DNA of 64,000 nt from Hydrogenothermaceae bacterium (GTDB taxonomy: Bacteria > Aquificota > Aquificia > Aquificales > Hydrogenothermaceae). The stretch covers positions 189,463 through 253,462 of the forward strand of contig JALTUV010000036.1 in NCBI GenBank assembly GCA_027049315.1, in the 5' to 3' direction. The translations under genes and the position numbers were made by a program. The notes under the pieces were generated by a model that worked only from the letters and a program-made list of their open reading frames with translations, did no database searches and had not been told where the DNA came from. Of the stretch, positions 41,821-51,212 are shown piece by piece (position 1 is the first letter of the stretch; each line of letters begins with the position of its first letter).

Positions 41821-42964
41821 GATGGAAAAAGCTATCTTAGCACTGGAAGATGGACACTTTTTCTATGGATATGCCTTTCCCAATACGAAAATAAGAGAAA
41901 CCGGTGGTGAAGTTATATTTAACACCTCGATGACCGGTTATCAGGAAATTCTGACAGACCCTTCTTATAAAGGACAGATAGTTGTTATGACACCTTCGGA
42001 AGTTGGAAATTATGGAATAAACAATGAAGATATGCAGTCAAAAAGAGTTCAAGTTAATGGATTTGTGGTTAAACATCTTCCATCTTTATATTCCAACTGG
42101 AGAGCTACAAAGAGTCTTCATGAGTATCTATCAGATAACAATGTCTTAGGTATATATGGAGTCGATACAAGAGCTGTTGTTCGTGTACTTAGAAAGTACG
42201 GTGTAATGAAAGGTTATATAGGAATCGGAGATATCTCACCTGAAGAAGCAGTAAAAAAGGCAAGGAGTGTACCTGATATATCAGAACTCAACCTTGTAAA
42301 AGAGGTATCCTCAAAGGATGTGTACAGATGGGAAGAAGGATACTGGTATTTAGGCAGAGGTTTTAAGAAGATAGAAGAAAAAAAGTATAAGATTGCAGTG
42401 ATTGATTACGGTATAAAAAGGGATATACTTAGACTTTTAACAGAAAGAGGTTTTGATATAACATGTTTCCCTCATAACGTTTCTGCAGAGGAAATAAAAT
42501 CTTTCAATCCAGAAGGTATATTCTTGTCGAATGGTCCAGGAGACCCGTCGATACTTCATTATCAGATAGAACAGATAAAGAAACTCATCCATACGGAAAT
42601 ACCAATTTTTGGTATATGCCTCGGACATCAACTCTTATCCTGGGCTATAGGTGGGAGAACATACAAACTTGAGTTTGGGCATCATGGTGGTAATCATCCT
42701 GTCAAATATTTAAAAACAGGGAAAGTAGAAATAACAGCCCAGAATCACAACTACGCAACAGACCCGGAATCACTTCCGTCTGATGTAGAGATAACACATA
42801 TAAACCTAAACGATAACACAATTGAAGGTATAAAATTAAAAAGCTATCCGGTATTTTCGGTACAGTACCATCCAGAAGGAGCACCGGGTCCCCATGATTC
42901 TTTTTACATTTTTGATATATTTAAGAAATTAGTTGAAGATAAAAGTCTAATTGAAAAAATATGA
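41810..42964 (+). CDS. carA: Carbamoyl-phosphate synthase small subunit
   Basis: N-terminal CPSase_sm domain plus a class-I glutamine amidotransferase (GICLGHQLL, H...E). Confidence 0.9.
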   Translation: MRGKMEKAILALEDGHFFYGYAFPNTKIRETGGEVIFNTSMTGYQEILTDPSYKGQIVVMTPSEVGNYGINNEDMQSKRVQVNGFVVKHLPSLYSNWRATKSLHEYLSDNNVLGIYGVDTRAVVRVLRKYGVMKGYIGIGDISPEEAVKKARSVPDISELNLVKEVSSKDVYRWEEGYWYLGRGFKKIEEKKYKIAVIDYGIKRDILRLLTERGFDITCFPHNVSAEEIKSFNPEGIFLSNGPGDPSILHYQIEQIKKLIHTEIPIFGICLGHQLLSWAIGGRTYKLEFGHHGGNHPVKYLKTGKVEITAQNHNYATDPESLPSDVEITHINLNDNTIEGIKLKSYPVFSVQYHPEGAPGPHDSFYIFDIFKKLVEDKSLIEKI

Positions 42965-43620
42965 GGAAAGCTGTTTTATTACTACTTTTTGTTTCTATAT
43001 CCTACTCATTTGACTTTTCAAAGAGTTGGACAGAGATAAAGGATAAAGATGTCATAAAACAAAAGTACGATTTTTCCTGTGGAGCTGCTTCTGTTGCAAC
43101 TGTACTAACATACTTCTATAAAGATATATTAAGTGAGGAAGATGTAATAAAGTTCGTGTTTGGAAAAAAGAGGCTCTATTACAAGAAAATAAAAGACTTA
43201 GAGGAAGAAGATTTATACCTGTCGTTTAAAGATATTGTAGATTTTTTAAAACACAGAGGATACAAACCGGTTCCTATCGCTATATCAATTGAAGAACTTA
43301 GATATCTTAAGTATCCGGCTATTGTTTATCTAAAGATTAGAGGGTTTGACCATTTTTCCGTATTTAAAGGAATTGACAATAGATTTGTGTATCTTGCAGA
43401 CCCAAAGTTTGGAAATACCGTGTTACCTATAGAGAGATTCAAAAATTACTTTTATACAAGGAAAAACAAAAGATTTCCTGGCAAAGTAATCGTTGTATTT
43501 TCAAAAAAGAACTTTAATCCAGATTTTTTAAAAGTTGAAAGAATAAAAGTAGATAAACTCATAAAAAAGGTAGATATTAATTCGCATCTAACATCAAAGC
43601 CAATTATTAACTCTCCATGA
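42961..43620 (+). CDS. Secreted papain-like C39-family peptidase domain protein
   Basis: Signal peptide; a catalytic Cys context (QKYDFSCGAASVATVLTYF) and a His context (GFDHFSVFKG...YLADP) typical of the C39 fold. ATGA overlap with carA. Confidence 0.65.
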   Translation: MRKAVLLLLFVSISYSFDFSKSWTEIKDKDVIKQKYDFSCGAASVATVLTYFYKDILSEEDVIKFVFGKKRLYYKKIKDLEEEDLYLSFKDIVDFLKHRGYKPVPIAISIEELRYLKYPAIVYLKIRGFDHFSVFKGIDNRFVYLADPKFGNTVLPIERFKNYFYTRKNKRFPGKVIVVFSKKNFNPDFLKVERIKVDKLIKKVDINSHLTSKPIINSP

Positions 43621-43627
43621 GGTAGGC

Positions 43628-45244
43628 GTGAAAAATATAGCTATTTACTACCATGAAAGAACAAAGCACCATATAGACAGACTGGCAAAATCACTCGGTT
43701 ATCTTGATTGGGCTAACCAACCTGAACCTTTCAGGTTCTACGAAGGTACTAAAAAAATCGAGTTACCTCTACTAAAAGAAGACCAAAAATGTCCGTACAT
43801 AGCACTTTACGATATAAAAAGGTGTTCTTCCAAAAATTTCAATATAAATACGATTTCTAAGTTTTTAGAGCTCTCCCTTGGGCTTTCAGCATGGAAATCA
43901 ATTCCCGGTTCCCAGTGGTCGTTAAGGATGAATCCATCGAGCGGAAATCTCCATCCTACAGAAAGCTATCTTATTATTCCAGACTATAATGGATTAAAAG
44001 GTATTTATCATTACAATCCCTTTTTGCATGCCCTTGAGGAAAGAGTAGTCCTTCCAAATAAAACAGTAAATAAAATCAGAGAACATTTTAAAACAGATGG
44101 TTTTTTAGTTGTACTCACAAGTATATTCTGGAGGGAAGCTTGGAAATACGGAGAAAGAGCGTATAGATACTGTCAGCTTGATATAGGACATGCAATTGCA
44201 GCAATAACATTTTCAGCTTCTTTACTTGGATGGAGAGTTAAATATTTAAATGCTGTAGGCGATGAGCAGATAGAAAAAATTCTTGGATTTCACAAAACAG
44301 TTTGGACGGAAGATGAAGAAGAATTTCCAGAATTAGTTCTTTTTGTTTTTCCGAATAATGTTGAGGATGTTCCAAGAAGTATTCCTGATGAGGTTGTTGA
44401 TGAGATTGGGAGTCTTCAGTTTAAAGGAATACCAAACAAACTTAGTAAAGAGCATGTTAGATGGAATGTTATTTACGATGTGGCAGAGTTTGTTAAAAAG
44501 CCAAAGACAGAGGAGAGAAAATTTAAACTGAATGAAAGTAAACCTTTATGGATTGTTGACTCAAAACTGAGTGCGCCTCAGATAATAAGAAAAAGAAGAA
44601 GTGCGGTAGCATACGATAGAAAAACCCATATTGATAAGAAAACATTTATACATATGCTTGATAAAACTGTTCCACGAAGGAACTTCTCTCCTTTTGATAC
44701 TGAAATTTCGAATCCGAGCATAAATCTACTACTATTTATTCACAGAGTACACGGTCTTGAGAAGGGACTGTACTTTTTCTTTAGGTATGAGGAGGATAAA
44801 GAACAGATAATTAAGAAGTCAAGAAAGGAATTTCTTTGGAATAGAGTTTCAGATGATACAGAACTTTACCTTCTTTATCCGGGAGACTTTGAATATACAG
44901 CTAAAATTGTAAGCTGCAAACAGGACATTGCCGGAGACAGCAGTTTTTCCCTCGGGATGATTTCAAAATTTAAAGAGGTCATAGGTAAAGATTCATGGAT
45001 GTACAGGAATTTACACTGGGAAGCCGGAATGATTGGTCAGGTTCTTTATCTTGAAGCAGAAGCTCACGGTGTAAGAGGAACAGGTATAGGGTGCTTTTTT
45101 GACGACCTTGTTCATGAGATTTTAGGATTTAGAGATAACGATTTTCAAACTCTTTACCACTTTACTGTAGGTGGGCATTTAGAAGATACAAGACTTAGAA
45201 CTCTACCACCTTACTATTATTTGGAAGATGTTAGAAAAAAATAA
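43628..45244 (+). CDS. SagB-type dehydrogenase (tandem nitroreductase-fold) protein
   Basis: 538 aa; the N-terminal YHERTKH signature of the SagB/ThcOx family, with two nitroreductase-like halves. Confidence 0.65.
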   Translation: MKNIAIYYHERTKHHIDRLAKSLGYLDWANQPEPFRFYEGTKKIELPLLKEDQKCPYIALYDIKRCSSKNFNINTISKFLELSLGLSAWKSIPGSQWSLRMNPSSGNLHPTESYLIIPDYNGLKGIYHYNPFLHALEERVVLPNKTVNKIREHFKTDGFLVVLTSIFWREAWKYGERAYRYCQLDIGHAIAAITFSASLLGWRVKYLNAVGDEQIEKILGFHKTVWTEDEEEFPELVLFVFPNNVEDVPRSIPDEVVDEIGSLQFKGIPNKLSKEHVRWNVIYDVAEFVKKPKTEERKFKLNESKPLWIVDSKLSAPQIIRKRRSAVAYDRKTHIDKKTFIHMLDKTVPRRNFSPFDTEISNPSINLLLFIHRVHGLEKGLYFFFRYEEDKEQIIKKSRKEFLWNRVSDDTELYLLYPGDFEYTAKIVSCKQDIAGDSSFSLGMISKFKEVIGKDSWMYRNLHWEAGMIGQVLYLEAEAHGVRGTGIGCFFDDLVHEILGFRDNDFQTLYHFTVGGHLEDTRLRTLPPYYYLEDVRKK

Positions 45245-45248
45245 TTAA

Positions 45249-45327
45249 TGGCGGAGCCGACGGGATTCGAACCCGCGACCTCCGGCGTGACAGGCCGGCG
45301 TTCTGGGCCAAGCTGAACTACGGCTCC
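45249..45327 (-). tRNA. tRNA-Asp (GTC), CCA encoded
   Basis: Cloverleaf resolved manually; anticodon loop CTGTCAC; T-loop TTCGAAT. Confidence 0.85.
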
Positions 45328-45334
45328 GCTTGGA

Positions 45335-45407
45335 TGGGCGGTATAGGATTCGAACCTATGACCCCCTCCTTGTAAGGGAGGTGCTCTGGCCAGCTGAGCT
45401 AACCGCC
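45335..45407 (-). tRNA. tRNA-Val (TAC), CCA not encoded
   Basis: GGGCGGTTAGCTCAGCTGG...; anticodon loop CTTACAA; acceptor GGGCGGT/ACCGCCC. Confidence 0.85.
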
Positions 45408-45505
45408 CATATTCAATTAGACTAATATATTATAACACCAACATATATTTGTCAATACTGTACATCGGTTGGGTAATTACTAATTTAAATTTAAGAGAAT
45501 TAAAA

Positions 45506-45582
45506 TGGTTGCGGGGGAGGGATTTGAACCCTCGACCTCCGGGTTATGAGCCCGGCGAGCTACCAGGCTGCTCCACCCCGCG
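45506..45582 (-). tRNA. Initiator tRNA-fMet (CAT), CCA encoded
   Basis: C1xA72 mismatch and three consecutive G:C pairs (GGG/CCC) at the base of the anticodon stem; loop CTCATAA. Confidence 0.8.
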
Positions 45583-45624
45583 CAAGGTGTATCAAAATAT
45601 ATTCCAGTTAAAAACCTATTCAAG

Positions 45625-45701
<77 letters not shown>

Positions 45702-45706
45702 TAAAA

Positions 45707-45779
45707 TCGGAGTGGCAGGACTTGAACCTGCGACCCCGTGCTCCCAAGGCACGTGCTCTGCCACCTGAGCTACACTCCG
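45707..45779 (-). tRNA. tRNA-Pro (TGG), CCA not encoded
   Basis: CGGAGTGTAGCTCAGGTGG...; anticodon loop CTTGGGA. Confidence 0.85.
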
Positions 45780-45977
45780 ATAGAGCAGGAAAATAATATA
45801 TCACTAAAACTTATAAATTGCAATACTTGGATATTTGGTTTGCAGGTCTAATAAACAAAAAATTCTGGTAAATAAACAACGAAGCCATTACCCTTTTTAT
45901 TAAACTAACATTCTTTCTTATTTTTAAAGCTTCTCTCTTTTTTCTTATCTACGTTTTACAGTTTGATATAAGGCTTA

Positions 45978-46313
45978 CTATTCCTTTTCTAATTCCAAAG
46001 ATTTTTCAGTTATTTCAACAATCTCTTTAAGAGACTGTCTTGCCACAATTGTAGGCGGAGATGGAAGTTCTAAATCTTTTATCTGATTATAGACTTGGAT
46101 AGCTTTTTCATCAGCTTTTTTAAGCCTTTGTTTTTGTTCTTCTGTTAGCTGGTTTTTGTGTTTTCCTAAATCTTTCCTTTCAAGAAATGCTTGAACTAAT
46201 TCAATATCTATTGCAGTAGGTAAAGGAGTAGTAAAATCTTCAACATCTAAATACTTAATTTCTACTTCATAATTTCTTAAAAATTCTTCTAACTTCTTTT
46301 TTAAGTTTTTCAT
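45978..46313 (-). CDS. Hypothetical protein (island-borne)
   Basis: 111 aa, charged and coiled-coil-like; no recognisable family. Confidence 0.45.
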   Translation of the reverse strand: MKNLKKKLEEFLRNYEVEIKYLDVEDFTTPLPTAIDIELVQAFLERKDLGKHKNQLTEEQKQRLKKADEKAIQVYNQIKDLELPSPPTIVARQSLKEIVEITEKSLELEKE

Positions 46314-46408
46314 TTAAATAAAGGTTATTTTTAGTGCTTAGATTTTAGTTTTGTCTCTTGTATTTATTCTATTGTTATTTAAATAAGATAAAAAGAAGGA
46401 ATGAATAA

Positions 46409-46519
46409 CTATGAGTGTTTTTCTTTCTTTTGAAGATAAATGCCAAAAGCAACCATTAAGAGACCAAATATAATCACACTACCAGCGACAACTAAAAGAT
46501 TTAAAAGCTCATCGCTCAT
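46409..46519 (-). CDS. Candidate 36-aa single-TM peptide (MSDELLNLLVVAGSVIIFGLLMVAFGIYLQKKEKHS)
   Basis: ATG with AGGAA at -9. Its start overlaps the stop of a second upstream hydrophobic reading frame (...MGVILSSIVGTDNER) in an ATGAGCGATGA arrangement. Confidence 0.3.
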   Translation of the reverse strand: MSDELLNLLVVAGSVIIFGLLMVAFGIYLQKKEKHS

Positions 46520-46693
46520 TATCTGTTCCTACAATAGATGACAAAATAACACCCATAAAGAATAATATAACTGCAATAACAGCTGAAGCAATAGAACTAG
46601 AAATATTGAAGTCAGCCAAGGCAACATAATTATTATTTTTGGGAATGGAATAAATCTGATTCTATTTATATAACCATTCAAATTAAAAAACTT

Positions 46694-48412
46694 TTATCTG
46701 CTTCTTAATTTCCAAATTTCAATTTTTTCTTTGATTTCTGGACGTTCTTTTTCAAAATCCTCTAAAAACTTATCAAATTTTTCTATAAATTTTTCAACAC
46801 TTTTTTTTGATGTTTTCCTTTCATGCCTTATAAATGATAATAGAATTTTTAAAAATTCTGGGTTTTTTATACACTGTTCTATTTGTCTAAAATCAAGTTC
46901 ATTTAATTTTTCACCTTCCGTACTTGGACAATCCATTTTAAGAATACATAACATCAATTCCTTTAAGCCATCACATGAGTTAACAGTCAAGCTTTCGACT
47001 TCTTTTTCTTTAGTATCTATATACTTTTTGAGCTTGGGCACTTTCTCAGCCATGTTTTTTAAAGAATAAAGTCCGAATCTTTCTATTTTTATTATTCTTT
47101 TAAATTCTTCCTTATCTTCTATATAGATTTTATCTAAATATGAAGTGATAACATCGGCAAAATAATCTTTATATCTATTAGAATTTTCTTTGTCCATTAC
47201 TGATAATATTTCTATCATCCAACCATATAAATCTGATATAGAAAAAATGCTTAATATATCTTGTTTATATTGTTCAAAAGGTTTCCATATTTTTTCTATA
47301 AAATCTTTATCTTCATACTCAATAGAATAAACATAACGTTCAAATTCTTCTTCAAATTGATACTTTATTGCTAAATTCTTCCTCCTATTTAATTCTTCAT
47401 CAAACTTAATTCTAATTTCTTCAGTAATATCATCCGTCAATAATTCTGTATCAATATATTCAAAGAAAGGATAGATAAACTCTGGATAAAAAGAGATAAA
47501 TAAAAAATCAATTTTTTTTAAATGATTAAATAAATCAATTACATCTTTCGATTCCTTCGATAAATCTTTGTTTTTCAAATAAATATTAAATTCTCTAATA
47601 ATTTCTTTTATTGTTTTAGTATCTTTATTTTTGGCTTTTTTTAAATAAATAAATGGAAGCAAATATCTTACGGATTCTTTTAATAAATTTCTATCTACAT
47701 CAATATTACACAGCTTATTTATAAGATAACTAACCTGAAGCATACTACGAATGTTTTTTATATCATTAACAACAAAGAATTCTTTTGCTTCTTCATGAAA
47801 ACATTTAAATCTATTTTTTATAAGTTCAAAATTTTCTTCAACTGTGGGCTCATAAGTAAATTCAAAATCAACAATTTTTTCCTTGTATTCATCATATTCT
47901 TTTTTAAAGTGTTTGTACTTATCCAATAAGATTTCTTCATTTAAAATGAAAATAATTTTACATCTTTTATCTTCTTTGAGCTGAGCAATTAATCCCATGA
48001 TATCTTTTGGTTCAAGACAACTTGATAATCTTTCAAAATCGTCAATTACGACGATAGCATTTTTAATATCTGTAGTACTAACAAGAGATAATAAATTACC
48101 TATCGCTCCAGCTTTAGATGAAACTCCTTCTAACTGTTGTAAGACACGAGATACATCTCCCAAAATTTTTCTAAATTTTGCAATTTTAAAAACTATTTCA
48201 TTTTCAATTATATTTAAAGAATCTTTACCAAATAAAGATATATATGCATATCTCTGTCCAAAATTATTTAAAAAATTCCTTATAAAATGAGTTTTGCCAA
48301 CTCCCCATTTTCCCTTTATGACACATACAGTTTCTTCACTCTGATTTAAGATTTCTTTTAGATTATTTTCTATATCTTTTATGCTCATTTGAAATTCTTT
48401 ATCTTCTTCCAT
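46694..48412 (-). CDS. KAP-family P-loop NTPase (predicted)
   Basis: 572 aa; Walker A GKWGVGKTHF near the N-terminus and a distant Walker B VVIDDFERL, with a long helical C-terminal region. Divergent from hsdR. Confidence 0.6.
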   Translation of the reverse strand: MEEDKEFQMSIKDIENNLKEILNQSEETVCVIKGKWGVGKTHFIRNFLNNFGQRYAYISLFGKDSLNIIENEIVFKIAKFRKILGDVSRVLQQLEGVSSKAGAIGNLLSLVSTTDIKNAIVVIDDFERLSSCLEPKDIMGLIAQLKEDKRCKIIFILNEEILLDKYKHFKKEYDEYKEKIVDFEFTYEPTVEENFELIKNRFKCFHEEAKEFFVVNDIKNIRSMLQVSYLINKLCNIDVDRNLLKESVRYLLPFIYLKKAKNKDTKTIKEIIREFNIYLKNKDLSKESKDVIDLFNHLKKIDFLFISFYPEFIYPFFEYIDTELLTDDITEEIRIKFDEELNRRKNLAIKYQFEEEFERYVYSIEYEDKDFIEKIWKPFEQYKQDILSIFSISDLYGWMIEILSVMDKENSNRYKDYFADVITSYLDKIYIEDKEEFKRIIKIERFGLYSLKNMAEKVPKLKKYIDTKEKEVESLTVNSCDGLKELMLCILKMDCPSTEGEKLNELDFRQIEQCIKNPEFLKILLSFIRHERKTSKKSVEKFIEKFDKFLEDFEKERPEIKEKIEIWKLRSR

Positions 48413-48485
48413 ATCATCCTCTTTAATTGAATAATAGAATAAAACGTATTATATTCTTTTAAAGAACTTTAAGCTTTGTTAAACA

Positions 48486-51212
48486 ATGAAACCAGAAGAA
48501 AAAACAAGAGAATTAATAGACCAGCAGCTTAAAAATGCGGGATGGGAAGTTCAGGATTATAAAAGAATCAACCTATCATCAAATTTAGGTATAGCTGTAA
48601 GAGAATTCCCTTTAAAAGGTGGAATTACAGCAGATTATCTATTATTTGTAAATAAGAGAGCCATTGGTGTAATAGAGGCAAAACCAGAAGGAACTACTCT
48701 TGGAGGAGTTTCGGAGCAATCCCAAAGATACTTAGAATCATTACCTGAAAATATTCCTCACTATCAAATCCCTTTACCTTTTTCTTATGAAGCTTCTGGA
48801 ACAGAAATATTTTTTAGAGACATAAGAGACCCTGAATATCGTTCAAGAAGAGTTTTTTATTTTCACAAACCTCAAACACTGCAAGAATGGGCAGAAGATA
48901 AAACCACACTAAGACAAAGATTAAAAGAACTTCCTGTTAAATATCCTTTGAATAAAGAAGGTTTAAGAGATGCCCAATATGAAGCTATAAAAAATCTTGA
49001 AATTTCATTAGCACAGAATAAGCTCCGTGCCTTAATTCAAATGGCAACAGGCAGCGGTAAAACCTATGTAGCGGTAGCTGAAAGCTATAGACTAATCAAA
49101 TATGCAAAAGCAAAAAGAATTCTATTTCTTGTAGATAGAGCAAATCTTGGAAGGCAAACTTTAAGAGAATTTCAAAATTATATTACTCCAGATGATGGAA
49201 GAAAATTTACAGAGCTGTATAATGTTCAGTTATTAAATTCAAAGGTTATTGACCCTGTTAGTAAGGTTTGTATTTCAACAATTCAAAGAATGTATTCAAT
49301 ACTCAAAGGTGAAGAACTTGAAGAAGAATTAGATGAAAAATCTTTATTTGAGTTAGAAGAGAAAATAAAAAAACCTTTAGAAGTAGAATATAACCCAAAA
49401 GTTCCTATTGAAACATTTGATTTCATTATAGTTGATGAGTGCCACCGTTCAATTTATAACCTATGGAGACAGGTTTTAGAATACTTTGACGCTTTTATTA
49501 TTGGTTTAACTGCTACCCCTGCAAAACATACCATAGCCTTTTTTAATAAAAATCTTGTTATGGAATATCCACATGAAAAGGCTGTGGCTGATGGAGTAAA
49601 TGTTCCTTATGATGTTTATAGAATAAAAACGAAAATTTCAGAACAAGGTGCAAAAATAGATGCTGGTTTTAATGTAAAAAAGAGGGATAAATTAACAAGA
49701 GAGCAAAGATGGGAACTATTAGATGAAGAAGTTGAATATAATTCAAAACAACTTGATAGAAGTGTTGTTGTTCCTGACCAGATAAGAACAATTATAAGAA
49801 CATTCAAAGAAAAACTATTCACTGACCTTTATTTTTGCTAAAGATGATTCACATGCTGATGATATTGTTCATATAGTTAGGGAAGAATTTGGAAAAGGGA
49901 ATGAATTTTGTAAAAAAATCACATACAAAACAACTGGTGAAAAACCTGAAGATTTAATAGCAAGTTTTAGAAATTCTTATAACCCAAGAATCGTGGTGAC
50001 AGTTGATATGATTTCAACAGGAACAGACATAAAACCTGTTGAGTGTCTTATTTTTATGAGAGATGTTAAATCAAGGGTTCTATTTGAACAGATGAAAGGA
50101 AGAGGAACAAGAGTAATTAATTCTGAAGACTTACAGGCTGTCACTCCAGATACAAAACATAAAACACATTTTGTTATTATTGATGCTGTCGGTGTAACTG
50201 ATAATGATAAAACAGACTCAAGACCGCTTGAGAGAAAGAGAAGTGTTCCTTTTGAAAAACTCCTGTATAATGTAGCTTTAGGAATAAGAGATGAAGATAC
50301 TGTTCTTTCTTTAGGAAACAGATTAGCAAGACTTCAAAGAACTTTATCTGTTAATCAACAAAAAGAGTTAGAGGAAAGAGCAGGAAAACCACTAAAAGAC
50401 ATTATTAATAAACTTTTTGAATCAGTAGACCCTGATAAAAAGATAGAAAAAGCAAAAGAGTTATATAAAACTGAAAGTCCAACACAAGAGCAAATAAAAA
50501 AAGCAGAAGAAGAATTAATTAACAAAGCTTGCGAACCTTTAGATAATCCTGATTTTAGAGAGGCTTTAATCCAAATTAAAAAAGCTAATGAACAAATAAT
50601 AGATGATATAAATGTTGATGAGGTAACCTATGCAGGATTTGATGAAGAAGCAAAAGAAAGAGCAATGAAAACAATTGAAAGCTTTAAAAGGTTTATAGAA
50701 GACAACAAAGATGAAATTGATGCCCTACAGATAATTTATAACCAGCCGTATTCAAAAAGACATATAACATTTAAACAGATTAAGGAACTTGCAGAAAAAA
50801 TACAAAAACCACCTTATAACTTAACTCCTGAACATATATGGAAGGCATATGAACAACTTGAAAAATCAAAAGTTAAAGGTGCAGGAAGTGTTAAACTATT
50901 AACCGATATTATCTCACTTATCAGATTTACACTTGGAATTGATGAAGTTTTAATGCATTTTCCAGATATTGTTGACCAAAATTTCAAGAAATGGTTAAAA
51001 GAACAAGAAAAAAAGGCAGAAAATTTACAGATGAACAGATAGAATGGTTAAAAATGATAAAAGACCACATAGCAACAAGTGCAGAAATATCAAAAGATGA
51101 TTTTGATTATCCACCATTTAACGAAAAGGGAGGACTGATAAAGTTTTATAATCTTTTTGGAGATGAGATGGATAAAATATTAGAAGAGTTAAATGAGGAA
51201 TTAGTTGCATGA
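48486..51212 (+). pseudogene. hsdR: Type I restriction enzyme R subunit HsdR, interrupted by two frameshifts (three ORF fragments)
   Basis: Fragment 1 (48486-49841) holds the HsdR N-domain and helicase motifs I-III (QMATGSGKT, VDECHRS, LTATP). Fragment 2 (49993-51042; open from 49798 in the +1 frame) holds motif IV-VI (TFIFAKDDSHADD...VTVDMISTGTD). Fragment 3 (50991-51212) holds the EcoEI_R_C-like tail (KFTDEQIEWLKMIKDHIA). The frame switches lie at homopolymers: A5 at 49810-49814 or T5 at 49832-49836, and A7 at 51008-51014. Confidence 0.75.

Noticed and set aside
45780-45977. Possible att-site direct repeat of the tmRNA or tRNA-Pro 3' end at the far island border
   Set aside because: I compared the last roughly 25 nt of ssrA (ttcgaacccccgcctccacca, reverse-complement context) and of tRNA-Pro with 45780-46000. 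No convincing repeat was found by eye. A computational repeat search is needed to be definitive.
49798-51212. Treating the hsdR fragments as three independent small genes
   Set aside because: The fragments are collinear with a single HsdR (helicase motifs I-VI, then the EcoEI_R_C tail). Each junction is a 1-nt slip in a homopolymer, which means a frameshifted single gene.
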